A stretch of 62,131 nucleotides of DNA, taken from Stylophora pistillata. Its lineage: Eukaryota. This document shows positions 24,810 to 39,800 of this stretch, piece after piece (within the stretch, counting starts at the first letter, position 1; every line of letters begins with the position of its first letter). The translations under genes and the position numbers were made by a program. The DNA lies in assembly GCF_002571385.2 (NCBI RefSeq), contig NW_019218439.1, positions 1 to 62,131 on the forward strand, in the 5' to 3' direction. Below the pieces are notes generated by a model. That model was not told the origin of the DNA, did no database searches, and saw nothing but the letters and a program-made list of their open reading frames with translations.

Positions 24810-27800
24810 ACGTTTTTGAAATAAAATAATTATTCCACTCGTGCTTGTTGGATATAAGATGATTATTATAGATTATCAACTTCATTTAAAAACCACAACC
24901 CAGTCTGAGCAGAAAATGTTTTTTGATTTGGATTTTTCTCCAAAAAGTCGAATCGAAAATCTTCAGTCTTCTTCTATTTGTTTGAAACAATTGGTCGTAC
25001 ATGGACAAACTGCTCTTTTTTTGGATATATCAACAAAGTTGAAATGGTAAATTGGCCGCCGTAGCGATTACAAAAGCTGACGTTTCGAGCGTTAGCCCTT
25101 CGTCGGAGCGAATAGAAGGGCTAAAGCTCGAAACGTCAGCTTTTGTAATCGTTACGGTGGCCAATTTACCATTTCAACTTTGCTGATATATCCAAACTAT
25201 TTCGTTACCCCCACCAAACAGTTTCTTTCGAAACTATCAGCCTTTATTCATTTGCTCATTTTTTGGCCTATCAACGACTACTGATCATTTGTAAGCTCAC
25301 ATTTGTCATAGTGCGCACGTCTAGAGATGTCTCTATTCAATGGTTATACGTGGTAATTGAATTGACTACACTTTAAATAGATTATGTTGATGTCGGATGC
25401 TACAGAGATCGCTCCTCGCGTGCAATTGCATCACTCGAAAGAAAAGATCCGCTATTGTCAGGATGGCACAAAGATCGCGAGAACCCTATCGAAAAATGCG
25501 CCATAGTGGCTCGCCAAAGGGGCTTCCGTATGTTTGCCGTTCAATATGGCGGGGAGTGTTACAGTAGTTCAACAGCGGAAAAGACTTTCGACAGATATGG
25601 CAAGAGCGATAGATGCGAAGGTGACGGAAAAGGAGGAACTTGGGCGAATCGCGTCTATGCCTTTCAAGGTTTGTGACCAAGTTATTGAGCTAAACTTATC
25701 AAATTCCTCAGTTAAGACATAAAAAGGTAGTTTGACGGGTTATGTCGAGACTGATATCACTTAATCTCTGGTTCGTGTTTGAAGATTAACTCTTCAATGG
25801 GATCTAACATATTTTGATGGGATAAAATTATTTTCTCAATTGTACCGTTGACGTTTAGATTTTCTATAAAAGTGTAAAACAAACAAAACATTTTTTTTCG
25901 TCGTAGCGTCCACTTCGTGGTGCAGCCCCAGCTTTTTTCCATTTCATGGAGGTTGCTTTTCCATAGACACTTACAACAAAGTAAACTGGGAGCAAGCCTT
26001 GGAAAGGTGCAAATCTGAAGGAGGCACCCTGGCGAAGATTTCAAGGGAAGGGTTAAGACATGCTTTCTCTGCTATGTTAGAAGGATTCAGAGCCTACCGA
26101 TGGGATATTAATAACTATTTCATTGGTATGAGGGGCCAATATGACGACTGGACGTGGATTGATGGCACTCCTTTGAATGAATCGTTGTGGGTATCAGGAT
26201 ATCCAAACAGGGACGATAACAGCCTAGGATGTGCTTATCTTTCGGCTGATTCATCCCGAATAAAGAATAGTGCCTGCAAGTCACATAAATACCCGTTGTG
26301 TCAGAAAAAATCAGGTAAATTGCAATATGCTTAGCAGTAATATTCATATTTAGGCATGGCAAGGGCATTCTCCGGTAAAGCACTTCTTAGAAAGTAAGCA
26401 CAGGGCCTATAATCTAAATGCTCTAGAGTAATACGAAAGAAAGAAAGTATCGAAGGCAATAACAGGAAAATAAAGGGAAGATCTGGTGTTGTTTTTATGC
26501 CATTTTAACATTTTCATTTGACATATTTATATTTCTTTTCCACGCAATGACATCTAAGTTTTCAAAGGCTTTAGACCAAAAGCTGAGTGGTTAAGTTCTA
26601 ATAAATATTTTGAAAGTAGAATGCCTTTTTCACCAAGTCAAGATAATTTTCAACCACGTTTCCTCTTTTAGTTAAATGGAAGCAGTTTGCTTTACTTTCA
26701 CTGGACATAGCTTTATTTTCGTCTCGTGCTATGACATCTCAGCTTTGAAAGGCGATAACCTAATAGCTGAAAGCTCTCTCTTTGTTAAACGGTTTATCCT
26801 TACTGAACGTCTTTTTGAGGCATGTTTCCTCTTCTATTCGAACTGCTACGGTCACGTTTAATAGTTACAATTTAATTTCAGCCTATGAAGGTTCTTGTTA
26901 ATATATTTTAGTTGTGGTTTCCCTTTCTTAATGCATTTTTTTTTCTCGATACGCCTAATTCCCTCGTTTTCCTTGCACCTACCAATTTCAAATTGCCGAA
27001 AATTTTAATTGAAATGTTAAGTTGATTTAAACACTTAGTCCACTGTAACGGTAGCAAATTTCGATGAAAGCTCTTAATTCGTCGTTTGATATATTAAGGT
27101 TTTCACTTTGCTTAAGTTAAATATGATTTAATATATATCTTCCATGTTATGGTGCCGATGTTCTTTGTCATGCAGAAGCATCTTTGTCAAACCGAAGTCA
27201 AACCAATTGTTCCAGTGTTCTGTTTCGGTATGAGCCTTTTCTGGCCATCGACAAATCTTATACCACCTGCTTTCGTTCGGCAAAGGTAAGAAATTATTAT
27301 TATTATTTCCATAGGTAATTAGAGGCCAAACATGTACTGTCTATGTTTCGATTTGATTCATAAATTGTGACAAGGCACATTTCACTGTCTTGCTGTCTGG
27401 CATATTACTTGCTTGCTTTCTGTAACGTGACACTTATATTGTTTTGTTTTTCATTTAATTAGGAGTCAGATCCTTGGTGGCAAGTTAACCTTGATAAAAA
27501 CTTGTACGTAACCTCTGTGGTAATCACCAATAAAGTTGATTGCTGGCATCGTGATAGTGGGATTATCAACGTTAGGGTATTAAATGATCCACATGGCACA
27601 GACCCAACCTGCTCCAAATCAATGGCATATGATGGAGTAACCCAGCAATTTAAATTTTACTGCTCACCACCAGCGCTAGGAAATTACGTGAAAATAACTT
27701 TGAAGGGTGATAATGTCACACTTGTCCTGTGCCAAGTTGTCGTGGAAACTATCGGTGAGTTTCCGGCAGTTCCCTTTCCATTTGGGTGTTGGAAATTTCT

Positions 27801-30800
27801 TTAAAAACAAATTGTAAAAATGTTGTTGAATCGTACATGTATTACATTTCTTCTTGGAGCCCTTTAGTACATGGAGCCCTCCATAAGGTTACAATACTAA
27901 AGCCGCGCATTTGAAGCTTTTCAGGAATCATTGCTTATTTTTAAAGTTATCGACTACAGTGTCTGTGTCAACAACTATGTGTATGTGTCAACGACTAAGT
28001 GATTGGGTCAAGAAATTTATGCTTGGCTCATCTTAATAGGATTACTGCAAAACGGCCTAGATGGCATAATTACAGCTTTAACGAACTCTCGTCCCATCCT
28101 TTAAAAAAAATATTTTAAGCAAAGGAAGGAAAGCCCATGTCTTCTATTTAAATCCTTGTGCAGTCTGAGATCCCCCCCAACCCTCTTCCCCGAAGTAGCA
28201 ATTAACACGTTGCAGTGTGTCTATTCACAATAGAGTCGCTTACCGAGGCAAAGGGAGTGCTACGTGAGACCTGGTATAGACTGAGAAATTACGAAGCCAG
28301 GAGTAGATCAATCATGCGCGATCATCCACTGATTCAAGGTCCACCCGATAGCCGGATAGTTCTGCAAGATTTTGATGCTCCTCTCGATTTGGAAGACAGA
28401 TACGCTCAAAGATTGACAGCTTACTTACAGGTAAACATGACATACCCTTATTTGAGGTTGAGTTCCTCCTGCACATTTAGCCCTTGTTTCGTCTTTTTTC
28501 GAGAAAAAGGGAAATGAAAAACTTCTTTTAAGTTTTGTCCATCCTGTCGGATTTCATTATTTAGCTCCTTAGACAATTAATCATAATCACCCACTCACTA
28601 ATGTAGGTTCCTCAGAGCGGTAGCTACGTCTTCTACGCTTCGTGTGACGATTCGTGCGAGTTGTGGAAGTATGACGTCAAAGAAAATGGAATCGAAAAAG
28701 ATAACACCAAATCAGACGAGAGTGTAGAGAACCGACGTCCAATGGCATCTGTTAGCAAACTCACAAGATATCTTGAATGGGACAGGTAGGCACCTTATAA
28801 GAAGGATAAAAGGCGAATTCTCCTGAACTTTAACACTAACGGAGTTGTTCTTAACCTTTTGATGACCTGTCGTTTGAAGGTACGAGGGGCAATCTTCCCA
28901 GCCCATCTTCCTTGAAAAATGTCGCATTTATCGTCTAGAGGTGTATGGAAGGGATCGATACGGCAAGGATCATCTGTCAGTGGGCATGCGCAAGCCGAAT
29001 GGAGATTTTGAAAGGCCTATTCCTAAGAAACGACTATTCTGGACAAAACCAGGTATTTCGCTTTGGTTTGTGTTAGTTTTTTTTTTTTGTTTGTCAGTTT
29101 CTGGTTTGTTTGTTTGTTTTTTTTTTTTTTCAATCTTTATTTATTTTTTCTGTTTTGCACTTTTTGAGGTTTGTTTTGGTTTGTTTTCTGGATCTTAAAC
29201 AGGGACACGAAAATTGGTGGTGACGCTCAACGGCCTTGAAACGTCGAAAACTGCTATCGTCGGGTCAAAACTACACATTTCAGGTTGGTATAAATATGTT
29301 AGAGGTTAAGTAAACGCGTCGAACTTTCCTATTTCATTCGACAGAGTTGGTATGAAATATCAATTGAAGGCTTAAATCATCAAATTTATATTCTAAACGT
29401 CCATTTTTTTTGTTTTAAACCCACAGGTACCCACAGCTTCTGTTGTTACGGCATACATTGCCCTGATTGTTCATTACAACTGAACCTCTCAACCCTGGGA
29501 CAAAGTATAACAATAAACTCAGCGTTAAACATATCTTGTTCAAATACATCATTTGAGACTTTCTTTGACACAGACAGACAGCCGGGAAATTATACATTGA
29601 AGGTTTGTTCATTTTGGATTTACAGCTATTATATGCTACTATTATAGACAATTTGCCCTTGCTTCAATACTACTAATGCACAAATAACTTATTAAACAAA
29701 AACTTGCAAACCCTTAAATTCAATTACAATTTTCTTAGTCTGGTCAGGAATTCGAATTGTTATTCCTGCCCACTTGAGAAATTTGGATGTGAGAGACAGA
29801 GAACGAGAAAGTCCTCTTACGTTTCAATGCGGAGAAATTGTTTTTAGTCTGATAGATGCAAAAGTAAACAATTTTATGAGTTGCTTATTTTGAAAAAGGC
29901 AAAAGTCTGTAGGATTTTGTTAGAAAAAAAGAAGTTGACTCTGCTGTTACAAAATGAAAGCGTTTGGAAAAGTTAAGGCTCTTAAAAAATGTCTATCAGT
30001 AGTTTCCAATTTAGAAGTCCAAAATAAAACAATTTTCAACAGTTCTCGTCCAGTCAAAATAGGTTACGTTCCAGATGGTCTTTGCACCTTTTGTAGAGAT
30101 TCATTTCCTATCTTATGATTGTTCTTTTATTGTAATCCGTTTTGGAACGATATTAAAATAATTTGGTTCGGACGTTTTGGTAAAAAATGTCGAAATAATT
30201 TAATAGAATATTTTGATGAGTAGATTGAACCAGTCGCAAACAGTATTTATCTATTTAAGGGATTATTTTATTTGAAGTATAAGGATGAACGATACATTGA
30301 AATCAAATATAATACTCAATACGTCATTAGGTCAGCTATTCATTTCTGGAGCACCCGGGGAAAATTCTTGAAGAGAGAGTGCTGGGAAATGTTTGTCTTA
30401 AAGGTAGTTACGTTTTATGAGTTTGACGATTATTTTTCTACCTCTCTTTTACATCAGTTAAGCATAAATATAAAGGTCAGTTTTTATAAGATTCCGAAGA
30501 CTAAACAATAAATAGGAACTGAATTTAAACTATGAAAGAGCTGACGTAAAATTTGGGAAAATTTTGGCCACCAATCAACCGATCAATGGGTTTTAAAACA
30601 ACTTGATGGGTCATGGATTTAAGATGAAGAGATATCAAGAATAAATCAAAATTCAAGAATATCATTAATATCATTTTTTAGACGCCTGTGGTTTTTCATT
30701 ATTGAGATTTCCTTCCACAGAAACAGGAATTGCAAAAAAAGCTTACTTGTACGGGGCGAAAGCACTTTCATAAACACCATATGCTGCTCGGATTTATAAG

Positions 30801-33800
30801 GACCCATTATTCTTGTCTCCGTTTTCAGTTAAACCTTTAAAATAAGAAGTAATCTGATAAACAATTCTAACGTTTTCTGAAATAATCATTTGAATTCCTA
30901 CAGCTGCTGTAGCATTAAAAGAATGTAATTTTGAGTCTGGAAATTGTGCAGGCTGGACTGGCCTTGGAAGCAATGAAAACTGGAAGTTCTCCAAAGGTAA
31001 GAACGGCATTGTATCCGATGAAGACTGGTTTGGCCTACCCACTTGTTGTATAGAACAAGTACGGCCGATTTCTATGTTTTTATTATTTTTAATAACAGCC
31101 CTTGTCAATTTCCAAATAAGTTATGGAAAGGATTGACTTGAGGAGCTTAGTATTTTCTCTACAATTGTGTTATTATTTACTGAATATGAAATGCTCCAGG
31201 TCATTTTGCCTACATCGGGAGCTCTTCTAGAGGACAGCTCAAGAGTCCGTTGTTACTATGGAAACCAGCTTATGAGAAGGTGGGCTTGTGCTTACGGTTT
31301 AAGTACCTCATGCCAACTAAATCAAAGTCGTATTTGAAAGTTCTACTTTGGAAAAATAAAGAAAAAAGGGCAATATTAGTTTGGCAGCTACTTGGATACC
31401 ACGGTGCTGGATGGTCAGTGGCTCAGGTGGTTTTGCCAAGCTCTGTAGCTATTCAGGTAAGTAAAGCATCCATTCTATATAAAATAAATTTCTCCCCTCT
31501 TGCCTTTATGGGTGTAGGTTTAAATCTATGCACATGACGACCTTGAAATATTTTATTTAGTGTTTGATGACATTATATTATGTCCCTTTCTATTTTTTCT
31601 CGTCTTGTGTCAGGTAATATTTGAGGGAGAAGGTTTTCTGGAGATCCCTGTCAATGTAGCGATTGATGACATCAGCATAACAACTGAGAAGTGTGTCCTA
31701 CTACCTTACTTTGCAAAACCAGGTGATTTTTAGTTTATTTCCTTTCTCTCTCTTCTTGCCTATACGTTCAACTAAGGAACGACACGTTCATTTGGATATC
31801 TTTCAAGATCCTTACCACTTACGTTGAAAGCGTACACTTGGTTTGCCAATAGCCAAGTAGTAGGCTGCTATTAAAGACACTTAGCAACGCGTTAACGTCA
31901 AACGTGAACGGCAAGAGTGACCACGTGACCTTGTTTTTCCCGCTATTTTTTTATGTTGCCGAATGCGCTTCGCGTTTCCCGTGCACGCAAGATTTTCTTC
32001 ACTTTTCTCTCGCTCAAGAGAAGTCAATCGCCGGAAAAAGGGCACTAAAATTATTTCTTCTAAGTTATACAAGCGCGCCTTCAAATCCACCATTAAGTGA
32101 GCTCACGCGAAGCTAAAGCAGTAAGCTTTTCACGCTATTTTACGTGAAAGGCGAAAGGGCAAGCTAAAATTTGCCGTTTCAAGTAAACATGGTGCTAAAT
32201 CTCTCACACACCAATAGCAGCACAGATTTAAGGTTCAGTTCTGACCTATAATTTTTTTGGAACTCATCAGTCTGGGAATAGTGCATTCATTGTCAAATTC
32301 TCCCATATGACTGTGTCTCTCCTTTGTTCCATCTCATCATCGCCTTTCAGTGATGAGAAAGGAAAAAGAAACAGAAAGCTAACTTTGCTGAGGTTTTCAG
32401 GTTTTCAATGTGGCAAAAAAACGTTTCAGTGTAACAATGGTGAATGTGTCAAAGATGATTTAACGTGCGACGGTGACTTTGCGTGTAAGGATGAATCGGA
32501 CGAAGATAACTGTGGCTGCCCCTCAAATAAGTTTGCTTGCCAGGATGGGAAATGTATTCCTGCGACAGCCGTATGCGATGGTAACAACGATTGTTCTGAT
32601 GGAGATGATGAAAATAATTGCCGTAAGTTTTATATTAATTGCACCATGCTAAGGAAACCACGTTAGTTACTTTAATTGTAAATTCTAACAGGAAAATGGA
32701 TAGTCTCTGATCTCTCTGGTCGGTAACGCTGAGTCAATCATTAAGTGCAGCCAGCGACTATAAAAAACGTTTCATTTTCTTTACTATACCTCCACAATAT
32801 TCACATTTGCGTTATTCAAAGATTAAGGATTTGCTTTCCAGGCAGTTCATGTGCCTCCAAATATCATTGTCTTGATGGATCGTGCATTTCCTGGTCAAAT
32901 ACCTGCAGGGAAAAACCTTTCTGTGGAGACGGGACTAACACTCCGTCTGTATGTGGTGAGCAGGGCACAGTAGCCTATATCTAATTCTAATTAGGCGTAA
33001 TTCTTGTTAGTTTCAAGAAAGTCTCGACCGAAATTTTTCAAGATCTAAAAATCATCAAATCAATCATTGTGATACTTTTAAAGAAACTGGTATGCTTTAG
33101 AACTTACAGTCTAAGGAGCGATTAGAAGACTCAGTGTACTAGTATTAACTGGGGCTTCGATCTCGTCTTGCACTTGATATTTTTGCATTGCAGGGTCCGG
33201 AGATTGCCTTCTCAGTGACTTATCGTGTACATCAAAGACGTCGGAAGAGTTATCACAGTGTAAATCATCCTTTAGAGGTAACATACATGTCTAATTACTA
33301 AATTGCTGCCACACCTTGAAGACCGTTTTGTTTATCGTCAATTATTTTCTTCTATGTCCTCACCCTACCTTTATGTTTAGGATACGGAGACAAAGTGTCT
33401 GGTTTATTTGGCGAATGATTTGTCTGGCTTGCTTAATCAAATCGGGTGTAGAGGAAACGTAGACGTATGTAATTGTAATACTCACTCATTACTTTATATA
33501 ATTGCCAAGGCGAAGATACAGAAAGGGAGATTCGACTCGGTGAAACAAATACGTGGTCACTCAAAGTCTTAACTTTGGAAAATTGGAACAGTCAATAACA
33601 ATTGCGAAAATTCAAAAGTTTATTTTACAAATGCAAACGATCGTCTAAAAATGAGGTCATCGTGGACAATGACCCTGAGTACCCTTGCAATTTTGATATT
33701 GAAAAGCGACTCGGGTATGCAGAGAGGAAATGAATATGTATCTCAAGCATTGTTATCCTTCTTTCTTTCAGTACTATCTAATCTTTCCTTTCAAACAGGC

Positions 33801-36800
33801 TATTGCAGATTCAACGATAATTTCTGCAATTTGAAATATGACCGGAATGCCACATTCCAGTGGACCATAGCTTCGGGCAAAACGCCAACAGAGAATACTG
33901 GGCCAAGCTATGATCACACCACGCTTAGCAAGGATGGTAAGGAGTGTGTCCAGGACTAGACCTTAACGAGACTCATTTTTCTGCCTAGTTTTTGCCATGT
34001 TTCTCAACCTAGTTCAAACTTTTAAAATGACATTTAGAATTATACTTTATAAAAGATGAATGTAATCCTTTGTCGCATAATGATCGTATCGTGAGACAAG
34101 CGAATGTATTTCTGTTTCTGAGGTTTTATTGGCTCAGTACGATGACTAACCACAAACTAACTTACGATCAATAATTATGTCGAGTAGGAAATTTCTGTGG
34201 AATTTGATGTTACGAAAAACGCTTTTTCTATCCATTACCTGGATCTATGAAGTTTTTGAGCTTTTTCAGTCATTTTTGTTTTACGTTTCTAGTTATACTA
34301 TTAGAAGGGGTTTGTATATTGTGTATGTACAACATATTATAAAAAAAAACATAGTTCTGATAGTAATTTTGCAGCGTTGCTAAGGCAAACAAGCAAATTA
34401 AAATTTTCCAGAGTCAGCCTTTTCGAGGTTCCGTAAAAACATTATAATGTAAAAATAGTGTAAAAAAATGCAGAATTTACTCCTGATGCTCTTTTCTTCG
34501 TGCGATTCTCTTTGCATAACCTGAACTTTGAGAGAATAATAAGCACATATGTTTTTTTTATTCTACGATAGGATCGTATATCTACATCGAAGCCTCTCCT
34601 CAAATGCCCGGAGACGCAGCAAAGCTGTTAAGTGACTGGATGGAACCCAATGAAAAAGTTTGTATTCAGTTTTGGTATCACATGTACGGCTCAGACATCG
34701 GTCATCTGAGCATCTACCTAAAAACTAACCTATCAGAAACAATCGTCTGGACACTTTCGGGAAATCAGGGGGACCAATGGAAGTTCGGACAAACAGCTTT
34801 GATCAGTCGTGATGCCTATAGGGTAGGTTTTCTTGCACTTAGTAATACAAAGTAGTTACGACTGCAAAACCCTTTTTTTGTTCCTCACAACTATTCTATA
34901 TTATCATTATCATTATCACTTTTCTCGTCATCATTATTATGATCTTTATTGGTGTCGTCATCATCATCATTATTATTATCTTTATTGGTATCGTCATCAT
35001 CATTGTTTTCCACAAGTTTATAATTGAAGGAACAGTTGGCGGTGGAAGCAGCGGTGATATAGCTCTGGATGATCTGACATTGCTAGATGGAAACTGCCAG
35101 ACAATTATTACACAGAGTAAGTAAAATAACATCTCTAACAAAGTTAGTTATCCATCACCCAGTGGTTTATGAATGTTTATTTTGTTGGAAAAATGACACA
35201 TGTTTTGAAACGATTACGTGTTTCAGATATCTTATTTGACATTTGAGCAATTTTTGTTAATATGAAGTTTAGATATAAAAGCAAATTTATGATTTTCATG
35301 TGCCGTTCCGTGATTTTGATTTTTACGGTTTTTGAGATAAATCCTTGCAAAAACTAATCATTAGACCCAAATGAAGACTCAAGTTTTTCCACTAACCTCG
35401 TTGGACATTTTGTAGTGCGAGTGCAATAGAAAGGCCAAATTGGAAGAGAAAGTTGGAGAAGAGATACATACGCACTAGGTCGTTGCACGGTGAAAAGATA
35501 AAATTCATAGGGAACATTTTCATAAATACATCTTCCGGTCTCTTTGTTCTTTAGAGAGTCTGAACTGTGATTTCAAAGAAGACACATGCGACTGGGAGGC
35601 TAAAGGAAAGTGGACCCTTTCAAAAGGTGCGCTAGGATTGAGAAATTGCCATAGATAGCTATGAGCGCACTTTCTTTGCGAGTCGTAAAACTGTTCAGTT
35701 TTTTAGACTGATTACAGGGCGCACTATAAGTTATTTTTTTTGTAATTATTGAAGTATAACACTGCTCACCAGCCCTGAATTATTAACGAAACTCAACTGA
35801 AGATCGTTCATACTGAGTGATGTTCTCAGTTTCGTGCTACTCGTAAGTTGTACCACTGACGAGTTAAAGGTTGAAGGGCGTTGACAGCCTATCTGAATGG
35901 ATGCCTGGTTGAATGCGTTACGAACAAAATGTCCGATTGCTTTATCGAAAAATCGAAGAAAAAAAGAAAAATTCAAACTGAAAGAGGTTTAATTTTCCCC
36001 CAGACTTTGGCTACTGATGGAGAAATTTATTCGCTGAACAGTCATTGCATGTCTTTAACAATTTATGGATTTTGATTATTCGTTTCTATAACTATCTTTT
36101 ATAAGGTGGTTCCTTTATTTTTCTTGGCCGTGGAGCATATGAGGTGGGTCATTCTCTCTTTTCTCCTCCGAACATAAATACCAGAGAATGGAAATGTTTA
36201 CATTTTTGGTATTTCATCGGAGGCAATGACGGGTATGGAGCGTCCTTAACGGTGCTACTAAAGATGTTAACATCAAAACAAACGACTTTGCTGTTCTTCA
36301 CGGACGAGACTACAGCTGGAGCAACATACACCCAAACACCGTTACCGGGAAATTGTACAGATGCTCAGGTACTTAAAAAGTACACCCGTTTTGTTACCTC
36401 AGATATTTAATAGGCTTTCTAAGTTTCCTGTTAATCACTTTATCTCAGATTGATTTGATGAAGAATTTGAAGAAGCTTTTCAGTTAAAATTTAAACATCA
36501 CACTCAAGGGTTACTAATCTGCTATTAATGATGACGCTATCCCATATTACTACGTAGATCGAAATAGTGGGAACCAATAAATGGAAGGTTCTGTTTCTCC
36601 GACAAGTCTCCTTTTCTAAAGATTCTTGTGAACGAATTCCCAACCCAAGGAATGGTAAGTCTCTATCACGATTCCTGTCCTAAATTCAAGTGTATATTGT
36701 TCGGCTTGTTGTGTTTCGAATGATGGCAATGTAAACGCTATATGTCACAAAACAGTGACGGCTTCCTTATTGTCTGGCCCACCCTCTTTGTACCACATTA

Positions 36801-39800
36801 TTGGAGGTATTTTATGTTTATTAAAAGGCTTGCGACTAAAAAGCAGAGCTGATAGAGAAACCACGTTTGTATTACGACGTACTACTGCCCTGTATAACTG
36901 CAAACAAGAATTTTCATTTAAACATTCCATGGGGAATGATACAGAGTCAACTTGCATTGCGCTTAAGTATATTGAATTTATTTCTACTGATTTGAAAGAA
37001 AAAGTAGCTAAATACATCTTACAAGGGCCTACTTGTAACCTTTGTTTTTTATCGTTCCTCATCCGTGCAATGTTTAGATTTGCAACAGCATAAACCTCTT
37101 GGAATGGAAAACGGTGTGATCCTTGACAAGAAGATCACCTCATCCTCACAACTTGATGAGCTTCACGCTCCCATCCAAGGAAGACTTCACTTTCAAGCAA
37201 CCCCAGGTAGAGCAGGATCCTGGTCCGCTGGTTTAAAGGACTCAAGTCCATGGCTTCAGGTTGATCTGAATATTAAGAACACAAGAGTTACAGGTGTTGC
37301 GACACAAGGGAGAAACGGACCTTTCGCTCAGTGGGTAACGGAATATCTGCTGCAGTACAGCAACGGTGGAGTAAGCTTCAAATACTACAGAGAACCAAGA
37401 CAAACCAAAGCAAAGGTACACGAGAAATGTATTTAGACCTCAATCAAAGACTTCAGGGACAATTCAAAAGGTCTTTTTTCAGTAAGCAAAATTCTGCAAG
37501 ACATTTACTGATTTTAGGTTTCGCTTGTGAAATAGAGTAATATGTAATTCATTTGTCAAATGTGTGTTTCTCGGAGACAGTTCCACATGCTCGTGAAAAA
37601 TAAATGGCGTATTTCTTCAAGATCAATCGCTTATCTGTTTTCAGACATGACTTTTTAAAATCACCTTTCCTTACATAAAAATCCCTGATAAGGCCTTTTT
37701 TTATGACGAACATCAGCTCGGTGTAATATCTCTCCGAGTGATTATTTTGGGGCTTAATAGATGTAAGTTAATTAACATCGCGGAACCAATTATTGATATT
37801 TACAACGCAACAATTATCATAACGTAATGTTTTGTTAATAAAGCGCTTTGCTGGAAACGCTGACCAGGATGCTGTAGTTTTTCACGAGCTTATTCCACCA
37901 ATCAAAGCATGTTACATCCGCTTTCGGCCTGTGGCTTGGCATGAAGCAGCCTCAATGAGAGTTGAACTGTATCAGGATGTGAAAGGCAAGTCAATTACTT
38001 ACAGAAATTTTGTTCTGTTATAATAATAACAATCTTTTATTGGGAAGCTCCATCACAATAGTGGTTTACATAGAGGTCCTAAATACTAGTTGTGTATTAT
38101 ATAAAATACAATTAAAATATAGAAATTTGAGCTAAAATCGAAATATAAAAATGATTACAACATATACACTGCAAAAATTAATTAAAAAAAATACTTTATT
38201 ATTAAAAGCAGAAAAAAGACACTTCTTAAAACTTGGCAAACTTACTGAGTTTCTTACACTTCTCTCTAAATCATTAAAGTCTTTGAAACAGTGATACCGC
38301 GAACGATGCTTTCCCCAATTGTATTTGATTTTGGGGAGCTTTATAGTATCGTTATTGCGCGTATTGTAGGAGTGCATATCACTCTTTCTTACAATGTTCA
38401 AAGAATGATTAAATTCGCCATTAGTAGACTTGTATGCATATACACGTCGATGAAATTTCCTACGTTCTTCAAGATTTAGCCATCTCAAGACTGTTAATGC
38501 ATCAGTGAATGAGGAGTGAAGTGATCTATCTAATATCAACTTAGCTGTTTTGCAGAATTTGCAATTCCTTCATTAGTGTGACATTGTCCTTGTCACCCCA
38601 GACTAAATCAGCATAATCAAATATAGGCAGCACTAAGCTATTATAAAAATGTAACCGAGTATTATAAGGTAAATAATACTTAATCCTAAATAATCCTATT
38701 CCTTCTTTATTCCTTTTTTCCCTACGCAAACGCTTTTAAATGGGGAAAATTCGGTATCACTTGGCAAAAAAAAAAAAAAAAACAGGAAAAACAATGTTGG
38801 ACTTTGTGTCTTTTCAAATTATAGTGGAAGTAATGATATCTCTGTTGTCAAGGGAGTTTTTAAAGCATCTGATGTCTTATAAGACTGTTATTTACTGGTC
38901 TGAAGAAATGTTTTAGGCCTCAAGGATAGTTGTTTGGGTGACCGTCGTGCACGTGAACGAAATCTCGGTGACTAAGACAACAGCTTACCCTAAAACTAGT
39001 AGTTAATTTTAAAAAGTAATTCATTGATAAGGATTAATAATAATAAGTAGCATAAATAGGGTATTTTTCCTAGATTAATCTGATTTATTCTAACTAGAGT
39101 GTAATGAAGCCCTGGGAATGGAAGACGGTGCAATTTCGAATGGACAAATTCTTGCTTCTTCACAATGGGATGGATATTCTACCGCAGACCAGGGAAGATT
39201 ATGCTTTGAAGCCGCACGAAAAAAACAGGGAGGATGGTCAGCCGGCAAAAGGAATACAAGGGAATGGTTCCAAGTTGATCTGGGAAGTCATTACGTTAAA
39301 ATCACAGGTGTTGCAACGCAAGGCAGGCAAGAGCACGATGAGTGGGTAACCAGTTACAAACTGCTTTACGGAAACAATGGAGAGAGCTTCCAGTACTTCA
39401 AGGAAAAAGGGGAAGTCTTGGACAAAGTGAATATAAAAGCAATTAATTATATATTTATTGTACAGGCATGGTCTGGCAAACAATAATCAATTTCATGTAA
39501 TTTTCGTTTTGTATCTGCTGATGATGTCATTGTCCATCTTAAAGGTCAAGCGTTAAACTCTATATCAGCTATTTAGTTAACGAGCAATCAATAGCCAGTT
39601 GGTAGTTATTATCACCGGTGTTCATGGTCTTTTGGTCCTCTCATTAAAAAATTGAAACGTTTTGACGAATGTAATATTTTGATCTGCTATAAGCCTTACC
39701 ACTGGTTCTCGTGTTAAGGGATTCTCTGTATTTTCGAGCAGCCCACTATTATCTAATCAACAATGTTACTTTATGTCCTTCTTCTTTAGGAATTTACTGG

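Noticed and set aside
30272-30330. Alternative exon YKDERYIEIKYNTQYVI
   Set aside because: It would end in phase 2, incompatible with the next MAM exon. 30331-30403 fits phase and sequence better.
34833-35141. His/Tyr-, Ile- and Met-rich ORFs
   Set aside because: Translations of an intronic trinucleotide repeat. Only 35017-35116 is a real exon.
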